Origin: Hemiscyllium ocellatum
Taxonomy: Eukaryota
Direction of reading: 5' to 3'
Assembly (NCBI RefSeq): GCF_020745735.1
Contig: NC_083435.1
Span: 46,438,498 to 46,502,497, forward strand
Length of the DNA stretch: 64,000 nucleotides
The notes under the pieces are model-generated. The model was not told where the DNA came from. It was given only the letters and a program-made list of their open reading frames with translations, and did not search any database. The position numbers and the translations under genes were made by a program. Positions 13,233 through 23,989 of this stretch are shown one piece after another. Every line of letters starts with the position of its first letter. Positions within the stretch are counted from its first letter, which is position 1.

Positions 13233-13689
13233 AGAAATATCACGATATATGGTAACGGTGTGGTAAACAGAGATTATCCAAAAGTTGGTTCGGATTCCAA
13301 AATGGAATGCTGACGGGACACTGACCCGGAGATGAGTTGGTCATGAAAGAAATTACTGAGAATTTGTGAATTTTGTTCATTAAAGGCACATTACCTAGGG
13401 AACATTTTGTAAGGACTGAATAACTTGGACTAACAGAAATATAAGGTAACATTTATAGGTCCCAAGGATATACTCATGTAGTTAAAGAAAACATAAATCA
13501 ATATAAATTTGGGAAGAAAATCTTGTGCTTGGATAATAGGCCGATTGCAGAACCAAGGGACCGACAAATCATCAGATGCGGGCATTGACATCTCCCACCC
13601 ACAGGACCAGCCCATTCCTACTTACCTCATCCTCTTCATTCCCCAACACAATTCCCCAGTCTCTCCCCACACTTCAGCACACAGGATCT

Positions 13690-14688
13690 CTTCCCACAGC
13701 ATGTCCCTCCCCATTCTCACCCAGACCCCCTTCCCACAGCATGTACCTCCCCATTCACACCCAGGGTCCCTTCCCACAGCATGTACCTCCCCATTCACAC
13801 CCAGACTCCCTTCCCACAGCATGTCCCTCCCCATTCTCACCCAGACCCCCTTCCCACAGCATGTACCTCCCCATTCTCACCCAGACCTCCTTCCCACAGC
13901 ACGTACCTGCCCATTCTCACCCAGACCCCCTTCCCACAGCATGTACTTCCCCATTCACACCCAGGGTCCCTTCCCACAGCATGTACCTCCCCATTCACAC
14001 CCAGACCCCCTTCCCACAGCATGTACCACCCCATTCACACCCAGACTCCCTTCCCACAGCATGTACCTCTCCATTCACACCCAGGGTCCCTTCCCACAGC
14101 ATGTCCCTCCTCATTCTCACCCAGACCCCCTTCCCACAGCATGTACCTCCCCATTCACACCCAGACCCCCTTCCCACAGCATGTCCCTCCCCATTCTCAC
14201 CCAGACCCCCTTCCCACAGCATGTACCTCCCCATTCTCACCCAGACCTCCTTCCCACAGCACGTACCTGCCCATTCTCACCCAGACCCCCTTCCCACAGC
14301 ATGTACCTCCCCATTCACACCCAGAACCCCTTCCCACAGCATGTACCACCCCATTCACACCCAGACCCCCTTCCCACAGCATGTACCTCCCCATTCTCAC
14401 CCAGACCCCCTTCCCACAGCATGTACCTCCCCATTCACACCCAGAACCCCTTCCCACAGCATGTACCACCCCATTCACACCCAGACCCCCTTCCCACAGC
14501 ATGTACCTCCCCATTCACACCCAGACCCCCTTCCCACAGCATGTACCTCCCCATTCTCACCCAGACCCCCTTCCCACAGCATGTACCTCCCCATTCACAC
14601 CCAGACCCCCTTCCCACAGCATGTACCTGCCCATTCTCACCCAGACCCCCTTCCCACAGCATGTACCTGCCCATTCACACCCAGACTC
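13690..14688. repeat. 40-bp minisatellite CCAGACCCCCTTCCCACAGCATGTACCTCCCCATTCACAC
   Basis: About 25 near-identical copies starting immediately after the TM exon donor. Confidence 0.95.
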
Positions 14689-14692
14689 CTAC

Positions 14693-14794
14693 CTTTCTTC
14701 TTGTACCAGACACCCCCAGCGATGACAGCAACAATTAGCAGGAGAGCAACGACAAGACCGATTTTAACCGGCAGCTTGGAGCTACTCTTTGGTT
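14693..14794 (-). CDS. UAA: MHC class I exon 5 (connecting peptide/TM): EPKSSSKLPVKIGLVVALLLIVAVIAGGVWYKKK
   Basis: 102 bp; acceptor aattctcttccag, donor GTAGGA; hydrophobic span followed by KKK. Confidence 0.9.
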
Positions 14795-15009
14795 CTGGAA
14801 GAGAATTATCCAACAAGAGACAGTCAGACATCAGCCATCCAACAGAGCATACACTGGGCAGGGACACACCCGCAGCCCCCTGGCTGCTGACACACAGACA
14901 GATTGTTAACTTGGCCAAACACCAAGGGATGCTGGGTACATAGGCCAAGAAAAGCCTTAAAATCCCAAAGCCACACACCAGGCACAGTGCAGACACAGTG
15001 ACCTGGTGC

Positions 15010-15641
15010 TAATGACATCAGGGTAACGTAAAAGGTAAACGTTTTCCTGGAAGACTTGTCCCAAACAATTTAAGCCCCAAACAGAGGGCCCAGACAGAAA
15101 GGTACAGAGTCCAGTTACACAAAGACACCATCAGTAACAAGCCATCCAAATGGCTGACAGTTTCAAACTGTGAAGGGTGTCTCCCTGATTGACCAGAACT
15201 ATAGAACATTCCAGAAAACTATCTAAAAGGTATAAAACCAGGGTTCACCTCCAGTCCTCTCTCTCAAATCATCTGAGGCCTTCGGACAGACCATCATAGC
15301 AAGAGGCAGGGACTCAGGAACCATCCAGAGTGAGAGAGAGTGTGAGTGAGTGAGTGAGTGAGAGAGAGAGAGAAAGAGAGAAGAGAGTGAGTGAGGAGAG
15401 AGTGAGTGAGGAGAGAGTGAGTGAGAGAGTAGCTCCACAGACCCAGAGACAGAACGACAGCCACTGTGTAAATCTACAAGAGACTCGCGAAGAGTTGTAA
15501 GGCTTAAGGGGCCTAAAGGATGAGAGAGGATATTTCATATTGAAGATTATTGTAACCTGTTTCTGAATCAAGTTGGGACTGTTCTGCATTGGGACCTGCT
15601 TGTGTTCATCAGTTAGAAACCTGGACAAATTCATTCATAAC
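15010..15641 (+). mobile_element. Possible solo LTR
   Basis: TATAAAA near 15231, GA-rich tract, ends ...TCATAACA; no TSD found. Confidence 0.35.
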
Positions 15642-15859
15642 ATTCGGGTCAGAATTGTCTAACAAGGAACTAGACAACAGTTGGTGTCCCTGGGATAAGA
15701 CATGACCAACAGGTCCTCTGATGTCGAACCCACCCGCCTGGTACGCTCTGAATTCAGTCAAAATCAGAGTGGGGCTGGAAAAGCACAGCAGGACAAGTAG
15801 CATCTGAGGGTCAGGAAAATCGGTGTTTCAGGCAAAAGTCCTTCATCTGGATATGATTT

Positions 15860-16210
15860 CAGCACAGATCCCCCTCCTGGGGAGAGAGGGACTGGATCCC
15901 CACCCTGTGCTCAGCACTGATCCCTGTCCTGGGGAGAGAGGGACTGGATCCCCACCCTGTGCTCAGCACTGATCCCTGTCCTGGGGAGAGAGGGACTAGA
16001 TCCCCACCCTGTGCTCAGCACTGATCCCTGTCCTGGGGAGAGAGGGACTGGATCCCCACCCTGTGCTCAGCACTGATCCCTGTCCTGGGGAGAGAGGGAC
16101 TGGATCCCCACCCTGTGCTCAGCACTGATCCCTGTCCTGGGGAGAGAGGGACTGGATCCCCACCCTGTGCTCAGCACTGTTCCCCCTCCTGGGGGGAGAG
16201 GGACTGGTCC
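15860..16210. repeat. 52-bp VNTR GATCCCCACCCTGTGCTCAGCACTGATCCCTGTCCTGGGGAGAGAGGGACTG
   Basis: About 6.5 near-identical copies just after the alpha3 donor. Confidence 0.95.
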
Positions 16211-16235
16211 CTGACACACTGAGGATGACCCGTAC

Positions 16236-16499
16236 CATAAAACACCACCAGCTTCTGCCCCAATCCGCTGTGTTCCACCTCGCAGGAATACTTGGCCTGG
16301 GAATTTGGGTCAAACTCCATCCGTTTGCGGATCTGGTAGGATCCATCGTGATTGGGTCGGATTCCAGTCGATTGTAATTCATTAATCTTCGCTCCATCCC
16401 GGAACAGATTCACCTCAATGGCCTGAGGGTAGAAGCCAGTGGTGATACAGGAGAGATCTTTATTCTCCCTCACAGGGGTCAGGGTTACAGAGGGTTTCA
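16236..16499 (-). CDS. UAA: MHC class I exon 4 (alpha3 C1-Ig domain)
   Basis: 264 bp: VKPSVTLTPVRENKDLSCITTGFYPQAIEV...GIRPNHDGSYQ...YSCEVEHSGL...VVFY; both Cys, FYP and PNxDGSY motifs; AG/GT phase 1. Confidence 0.97.
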
Positions 16500-16639
16500 C
16501 TAGGAGAGAGAGAGAGAGAGAGAGTGGTTAGACAGGGACACAGAGACTCTCAACCCCTCACCCCCCACTCACCTTCCCTCCTCACCCACCCCGTCCCTTC
16601 CTCCTCCCCCTCGACCTCTCTCTCTTTCTGTCCGATTAC

Positions 16640-16912
16640 CTGGTTTCAGTTCTTTCGCTCCATACTGAAGGTATTTTTTCAGCCACTCAATACACTCCTG
16701 TTCCAGGTAACCTTTCTTCTGTTTGTTTAATCCCGAGTCCTCGTCCCATTTATTTTTGGTGCTCTCCCCCCAGCTGACAGGGGTCACCCACACCATCCTG
16801 TCCTTGTCGAAGCTGATGAAATCCCGTCCGTCCCAGCCGTGCTGATGAAACCCACTGATGGGGACATTATCCTGGAGCTCACAGCCGTATACCAGCTGGT
16901 AGGTGTGAATCC
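16640..16912 (-). CDS. UAA: MHC class I exon 3 (alpha2)
   Basis: 273 bp: GIHTYQLVYGCELQDNVPISGFHQHGWDGRDFISFDKDRMVWVTPVSWGESTKNKWDEDSGLNKQKKGYLEQECIEWLKKYLQYGAKELKP; T143, K146, W147, Y159, Y171 equivalents and both Cys present; donor GTAATC. Confidence 0.97.
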
Positions 16913-16939
16913 CTGTGGATCACGGAGAGAGAGAGAGAG

Positions 16940-17535
16940 AGACAATCACAGGGAGGGATAACACACAGAGCGAGCCAATCACAGGGAAGGATCACACACA
17001 CAGCCAATCTCAGGGACGGATCTCACACAGAGAGAGCCAATCACAGAGAGGGATCACAAACAGAGAGAGCCAATCACAGGGAGGGATCTCACACACACAG
17101 CCAATCTCAGGGACGGATCTCACAGAGAGAGAGAGCCAATCACAGAGAGGGATCACACACAGAGAGAGCCAATCACAGGGAGGGATCACACACACAGAGC
17201 CAATCACAGGGAGGGATCTCACACAGACAGGGACCGCCAATTACACAGAGGGATCCACATTGAGAACCAATCACAAAGAGGGATCACGCAGACAGAGTCA
17301 ATCACAGGGAGGGATCTCACACAGCGAACCAATCACAGGGAGGGATCTCACACACACAGAGCCAATCACAGGGAAGGATCTCACACCGAGAACCAATCAC
17401 AGGAGGGATCTCACACACACAGAGCCAATCACAGGGAGGGATCTCACACGGAGAACCAATCACGGGGGGGGGGGGGATCTCTCACACACAGAGCCAATCA
17501 CAGGGAGGGATCTCACACAGACAGCCAATCACAGT
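16940..17535. repeat. ~31-bp minisatellite CACACAGAGCCAATCACAGGGAGGGATCT (CCAAT-box array)
   Basis: About 17-18 copies occupying most of intron 2. Confidence 0.9.
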
Positions 17536-17593
17536 CCCCACCCCCAAAGGATCATCCCTTCCCTCTGCAGGGGGTGATTCCCTGGTCACTTAC

Positions 17594-17854
17594 CCCCACT
17601 CTGGTTGGTCCTCTCCATTAGCGTCTGGATAGCGACCTTTCCCGACGACTGCCAGCCGCGCAGTTTCTGTGTGTTCTGATCCCAGTAATCCGATCCCACA
17701 TTCTCCATGATCCAGCGCTGCCGCGGGGTGTACTGCTGGATCTTACTGTCATAGTAAACAAACTGCTGATCATCCACATAACCCACATCAGTGTACTCAG
17801 GGAATTCCGACAAGGAACTGACGGCAGTGTGCAGGTATCGCAGAGAGTGACGCA
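17594..17854 (-). CDS. UAA: MHC class I exon 2 (alpha1)
   Basis: 261 bp: (V)RHSLRYLHTAVSSLSEFPEYTDVGYVDDQQFVYYDS...DYWDQNTQKLRGWQSSGKVAIQTLMERTNQSG; Y7, Y59, R84 equivalents and NQS glycosylation site; acceptor tgtgttttctttcag, donor GTAAGT. Confidence 0.97.
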
Positions 17855-17909
17855 CTGAAAGAAAACACAGGCACAGGTCATCCTCTCCAGGCTCGGCCTG
17901 AGATTCAAT

Positions 17910-18710
17910 AAACCCATAAATACATCCCAAAAAAACAGAGCTCCTTCAAAATAAACCCTAAAACACAGAGCCCCAAGTAAATAAACCCTAAAACACAGGG
18001 CCCCCGGAAATAAACCCTAAAACACAGGGCCCCATGTAAATAAACCCTAAAACACAGGGCCCCCTGTAAATAAACCCTAAAACACAGGGCCCCCTGTAAA
18101 TAAACCCTAAAACACAGGGCCCCCTGTAAATAAACCCTAAAACACAGGGCCCCATGTAAATAAACCCTAAAACACAGGGCCCCCTGTAAATAATCCCTAA
18201 AACACAGGGCCTCATGTAAATAAACCCTAAAACACAGGGCCCCCTGTAAATAAACCCTAAAACACAGGGCCCCCTGTAAATAAACCGTAAAACACAGGGC
18301 CCCTGTAAATAAACCCTAAAACACAGGGCCCCCTGTAAATAAACCCTAAAACACAGGGCCCCCTGTAAATAAACCCTAAAACACAGGGCCCCCTGTAAAT
18401 AAACCCTAAAACACAGGGCCCCTGTAAATAAACCCTAAAACACAGAGCCCCTGTAAATAAACCCTAAAACACAGAGCCCCCTGTCAATACACCCAAAAAC
18501 ACAGGCCCCCGTAAATAAACCCTAAAACACAGAGCCCCCTGTAAATAAATCCTAAAACATTGGCATCCCTGTGAATAAACCCTAAAACACAGAAACCCCT
18601 TTTGTTAAACCCTAAAAAACATAGCCCACTGTAAATAATCCCTAAAACACAGATTTCCCTGTAAATAGACCCTGACACTGAGCCCCTTGTAAATAGGCCC
18701 CCATACTGAG
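17910..18710. repeat. 30-bp minisatellite GTAAATAAACCCTAAAACACAGGGCCCCCT
   Basis: More than 20 copies in intron 1; a solitary related copy at ~23515-23552. Confidence 0.95.
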
Positions 18711-19134
18711 CCCGCAGACACGCTGTGTGAAGCAGGGACCCCAGCGATCAGTGGCCCGGTGTGAATCCTGTGAACAGCTTCGGGTCAGACCATGTGGAGA
18801 CCCCCCCCCCAGGCGCTGGTCAGCTGCAGTGATCCCTCAGAGACAGTCATGTTTGCATTATAACTTGCCTGCTTGTTTTTCTGACCTGTAGTTATACTTT
18901 GTATCGCTGTAATGTACCTTTTTCTTCTTCATTCTTTTTATTCCATAACTAACGAACATCCCTCGACCCTTTGTCCGTAAGATAGTATTCTGCTGATGAT
19001 ATCGTTACACTGTAACTAATGTGTAGCTGAATAAACTGTACCTTGTACCTAAAATGGCGCTCTAAGTGGTGACCTCTCAACTTTTCAATGAATTGAGAAC
19101 ATATGACAATAAAACTCATCCAATTCAATTCATT

Positions 19135-19440
19135 TATCACTGGAATATTAGTCTGGAGACTTTCATAATGTTCTGGGGACACAGGTTCGAATCCCAGCCC
19201 AGCAGATGGTGGAATGTGCATCTGTAGAGTCTGGAATTAAGTGTGTATCAATGACCACAAATCCATGATTAGGAAAAGCCCATCAGGTTCACTAATGTCC
19301 TTCAGGGAAGGAAATCTACCTTCCTGATCTCCCGACATGTGACTCCAGACCCACAGTAACGTGGTTTACTCTTCACTGCCCTGTGGGCAATGCAGGCTCA
19401 GTCAGAGATACCCACATTCTGTGAGTGAATATAATTATGT
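19135..19440 (+). mobile_element. DeuSINE (SacSINE1-like) remnant
   Basis: Deu-domain GGTTCACTAATGTCCTTCAGGGAAGGAAATCT...GTGACTCCAGACCCACAG; B-box-like GGTTCGAATCCC. Confidence 0.7.
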
Positions 19441-20149
19441 AACAAAAATCATACTTTAAAAAATATTATTAGAAAAATGAAATGTTCCCTGTGAAATTCA
19501 GACCCTTTCAAGTGAGTGAGGTATGTGGAACAGATTTCAAATTGTGAATAATTAGAAATCACTGAGTTGAGTTGAATTTGAAAATCTGGCTGCTCTCACA
19601 ATGGTGCTGGTGGGTTTGAAACGTGAACGTTTTTGATCCTTCTTTAACTTGCTGTATGCATGATGTAGCAAATCCCTCTTGTCAGGCCATAACCAGGATA
19701 AAGGCAAGTAAGTGGGATGGTTATGAGCAACCAATTCAGCTGCAGACAGTGGGTGAGCCAGGGAACTGTTTGTAACATGTGCCTCGATAAGGAAAAGGTT
19801 GGGAACCACTGTCCTGATGAAATGGTGTTATTTATCTCCAGGGACAGCATACAACGGGATGGAGTTATATTCCATCTGTACAGACCCTGTTCAGACTACA
19901 GCTGGAGAACCGTGTTCAGTTCTGCACACTGCAGCTCAGGGAGGAGGTGCTGGCCTGGGAGGGAGTGCAGCGTACAGTCACCTTAATGTGCTTGAAAATT
20001 AAATGGTTAAATTCGGAGGGGAAATTATTTTAACTTGGCCTGTGATCCTTTCATTGAGAAGATTGGGGTGAATGAATGGAAGGGTTTAAAATATGAATGA
20101 TACTATATTCCCAAAACTGAAGTGAACAACTGAGCATGTAATTCCAACT

Positions 20150-20575
20150 TAACTTTACCCCATCTCACCTCCACCTGCTACTGAAACCTTCATTCCGGAG
20201 GCAACTATTCCGATGGCCTCCTGACTGGAATCTCACGTTTCACCCCAACTCCAGTCTTAAATCACCAACTGCACCCCCACCCCGCATTCCCCCATCTCCC
20301 ATCCCCTGCTCATTGACCTTCACTGGCTCCTGGTCAAACAACACCATTTTATATTTTTATCCTTGTTTTCAAATCTCTTTGTGATCTTTCCCCCCAATCT
20401 CTAGCATTTCGTGCAAACCCACAACCCTCTCAGAGACCACCTCAACAACTCTCACTCTTACTGCACCCTCAGCTATAAAAGGCCCAGTCTGGGGAATTCC
20501 TTCCCTAAACCACTCCGTCTCTCCAGCTCACCTTCCACCTTTCAGACCCTTCAATCAACTCCTCTCTTTGAACTT
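20150..20575 (+). mobile_element. L2 LINE 3' remnant
   Basis: CACTGGCTCC...ATCCTTGTTTTCAAATC...TGGGGAATTCCTTCCCTAAACC, typical of an L2 3' end. Confidence 0.6.
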
Positions 20576-20584
20576 AGAATAGAA

Positions 20585-20915
20585 TCCCATATTGTGTGAA
20601 AACAGGCCTTTCGGCCCAACAAGTCTACACCGACCCTCCAGAGAGTAACTCACTCACACACATTCTCCTACCGTATTACTCCTATATTTACCCTGATCAA
20701 TGCACCTAACCTACACATCCCTGAATACTAATGGCAATTTAGCATAACCAATTCACCTAACCCGCACATCTTTGGACTGTGGGAGGAAACCGGAGCACCC
20801 GGAGGAAACCTACGCAGACACAGAGAAAATGTGCAAAACCCACACAGACAGTTGCACAAGGCTAGAATTGAACCCATGACCCTAATACTATGAGGTACTA
20901 GTGCTAACCACTGAG
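20585..20915 (-). mobile_element. HE1 SINE
   Basis: Same head, V-core and tail as the 11956-12438 copy. Confidence 0.85.
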
Positions 20916-21344
20916 CCACCCTGTCTGAACATCTCCTCAGGTTTCTCAATGTTAGACTTTATAACAATCCTGTGAGGAACTTTCAACACAGGTTTCAGAT
21001 CCAGAGGAACTGCTCCCCCTGCTGGGAGCAGACAGAACCAGTGACATAATCTGAACATTAAACCTCGTGTGTTCAGGAGGGAAACCAGGAAACAGATTCT
21101 CACACATTCTCCTCACAAAGCTGTAGCTACTGGGGAATAATTGCAGTTTTTGATACAGAACGATATAGGCTTTTACAAAAACAACTGCAGATTTTGGAAA
21201 TCTGAATCTAAATTGAAAGTGCTGGAAATCCCTCGTAGCTTTGTTTGTCTGTGTGGAGAGAAAAGCAGTTGGTATTTCAGGGCAATGATCAGTGACCAGT
21301 CTGTGACTGCTGTTCCCTCTCTATAATGTGGAGGAGTCGGTGTA

Positions 21345-21535
21345 AGACAGGGGTGGACACTGTTAAAATCACACAACACCAGGTTATAGTCCAACAGACT
21401 TATTTGGAAGCACTAGCTTTCAGAGCGCTGCTCCTTCATCAGATAGTTGTGTAGCAGGGTCAGAAGACACAGAATTTATAGCAAAAGGTTACAGTGTCAT
21501 GCGGCTGAAATGATATATTGAACAAACCAGGAGAT
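21345..21535 (-). mobile_element. Penelope-like pLTR fragment (second family) with hammerhead motif at 21411-21445
   Basis: Minus CTGATGA-A-GGAGC(AGC)GCTCT-GAAAGCTA; the flank 21455-21535 is related in reverse to ~38590-38665. Confidence 0.6.
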
Positions 21536-22051
21536 TGAGCAAAGCTGGGGAATGAGCAACAGACCAGCTCTGATCTAATCGGACATTGGTGGGACTGATG
21601 GATGGAACGAACCCTCTCTCCATCCTCAATACACTCATTCTCAGACCCTAACATCAACTCTCTTTCTACTGTCTCATCACTCTAAGCCCCTCACCCACAC
21701 ACCATCGCTCTCCCTCCAGCCTCATCACTCTGTCCCTCAGTCACCCACACAGTCTCCCAGTCTCTCTCACCAGCCCCAGATCCCAGTGTCAACTTACCCC
21801 CAACCAGTCCTTAGTGTCTGTTTCTTTCCCCACTCCAGCACTAAGGCCCTTTCTGACCCCACTGACCTGGGGTTAATGCCCCAACGCCCAGTCTGGCATT
21901 GAGACCTTCATTGAGACCATTACCCACTGACTGAGGATTAATGCCCAGTACACAACCTGACACTGAGACCCTCTCTGACCCCATTACCCACTGACCAAGT
22001 GTTAATGCTCCAATACCCAGACTGGCACTGAGACCCCTCTATGCCCATTAC

Positions 22052-22106
22052 CCACCTGAGATGCCCCTCCACACAGGAGGGCGAGAAGTATGAGTCTCAT
22101 CATCAT
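22052..22106 (-). CDS. UAA: MHC class I exon 1 (signal peptide) MMMRLILLALLCGGASQ(V)
   Basis: Resembles the nurse shark leader MIRLIVLALLCGVVSA. Donor CAG/GTGGGT (exon end 22056) is phase 0; donor TGG/GTAATG (end 22052) is phase 1 and in frame with alpha1. Confidence 0.85.
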
Positions 22107-22271
22107 TATCTGCCTTCTCCGAGGTTGAAGAACAGTCTGTAGTCACTACTTTTGGAAGAGTTGATCTTGGAGCTGGACAGATGCTGCCAGTCTCCTGCTC
22201 TGTCTCTGTCTGTCTGTGCTCTGACCCACAGCTCCACCCTAGTCCAAGACCAGCTCCGACATGACAAAAAC

Positions 22272-22298
22272 CAGGAAGTGCTGCTAAAAATTTATAAA
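22272..22298 (-). promoter_or_regulatory. Possible proximal core promoter (TTTATAAA plus ETS ACTTCCTG)
   Basis: Motifs 170-190 nt upstream of the ATG; no CCAAT/Y box nearby. Confidence 0.3.
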
Positions 22299-22394
22299 AT
22301 CTTGTTTTGTCTCTGGCTGGAGGATTGTGTTCTGTTCTAGGCCCTCCCATTTCAGGTCGGGGGGTGAGGGGGGGGTGAAAGGCCTCACAGAGAG

Positions 22395-22880
22395 TGTGGA
22401 GAAAGTGAGGTCTGCAGATGCTGGAGATCAGAGCTGAAAATGTGTTGCTGGAAAAGTGCAGCAGGTCAGGCAGCATCCAAGGAGCAGGAGATTTGATGTT
22501 TCGGGCATAAGCCCTTCATCAGGATTGAGGAAAGTGTGGACAGTCATTAGGATGATACACTGGGTGAAGGATACATTTCTGATCATCCTCCAGCAATGAG
22601 GGGTCACACTGAAGGAGCTTTACAGAGGATGGGGTCAGGACAGGAGAGTGTTAACAATGGGGGAAGATCTACATTCGAACAGAGGAGACGAATGGAAATT
22701 TTATTGAGGGTTATAAAATCAGAATGGGACCCACACAGAGAGGTAGGAAGGACATTTATACATACATATTGGAGTTGGCCACTCCACCCCTCAAATCCTG
22801 ATGAAGGGCTTAAGCCCGAAATATCGACTCTCCTGCTGCTCAGATGCTGCCTGACCTGCTGTGCTTTCCCAACAGCGCAA
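22395..22880. mobile_element. Two inverted Penelope pLTR fragments (22395-22530 minus, 22790-22880 plus), each with a hammerhead core
   Basis: CTGATGAAGGGCTTATGCCCGAAAC (minus) and CTGATGAAGGGCTTAAGCCCGAAAT (plus). Confidence 0.7.
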
Positions 22881-23989
22881 TCTCGACAAGAACGTACTTC
22901 ATCTTCAATGGACATATTCAAGGAATTTCCGGAAGAGAATTTCAAACATTCATGGACCTCAGAGAGAATGTTTTTTGCTGTATTTTGTTTTGAATGAGCA
23001 AGTCCTTATATTTAAACAGTGACTCCCTATTTCTAGACTCTCCCACAAGAGAGCACACCCTTTCTATACCGACCCTGACAAGAGACCTCAAAATCTGACA
23101 TGTTTCGATCAAGTTGTCTGTTACACTTTGAAACTGCATGTCTACCCTGTCCAACCTGATGTCATCAGGCAACCTGGGGAACTGTCTAGGGACACTGGAA
23201 AAAGAGGAGGCCATTCAGCCCCTCAAACCTGTTTCACCTTCAATGAGATTACAGCTGATCTGTGGTCTATTCAGAATACTTGCCTTTGGATCATATCCCT
23301 TAATACCTTTGCTTAATAAAACATCTCAGATTTAAAATGAACAACTGACCTAGTATTCACTACTGTTTGTGAAGAGAGTTCCAACCGTCTACCTTTTATG
23401 AATATTTCTCAGCAAACTGCTGCTGTCCCCCATAAACCACACTCCAGAACGTTCTGCATCCTGCCTTACCCCAACCCTGCATCCTGCCTTACTCCCTCCC
23501 TGCACCCTGCCTTAAACCATAAAACACAGTCATCCCTGTAAATAAACCCTAAGTCAATGTACAATTAATGGGTCGTGTTGTCAAACAGGGAGTCCTAGGT
23601 GCTCAGGTACAGAATTGTTTGAAATTTGCATCCCAGGGAGACAGGATAGTTCAGAAGGGAGTTAATAAGCCTGTCTTCATTGCTCAGAGCACTGAGTGAA
23701 GGAGTTGGGATGTCATGCTGTGGTTGTACGGGACATTGGGAGGCACTTTTGGTGTACTGTGTGTGGTTCTGGTCTCCCTGTGACAGGTTTGGGGGGCTGT
23801 GACTGTCAGGAACAAGATGATGAAGGGCTTTCGCTCCTCGGGTGCTGCCTGACCTGCTGTGCTTTTCCAGCACCACTCTATTCTTGACTCTGGTCTCCAA
23901 CCTCTGCAGTCCTCACTTTTGCCGTTGTCAGAAACAGGGCATCCCCCACTCCATCCCATCCGCCCCCTCCCCCGCACAGGGTACACCCC

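Noticed and set aside
13509-14943. 409/455/314-aa plus-strand ORFs
   Set aside because: Stop-free 40-bp minisatellite read in three frames, antisense within a class I intron
19796-19811. hAT/Charlie-type TIR AGGTTGGGAACCACTG
   Set aside because: No partner TIR or TSD found; isolated remnant only
22329-22341. Proximal X1-like CCTAGAACAGAAC (minus)
   Set aside because: One-base deletion in the RFX core, and no X2 or Y box at the expected distance
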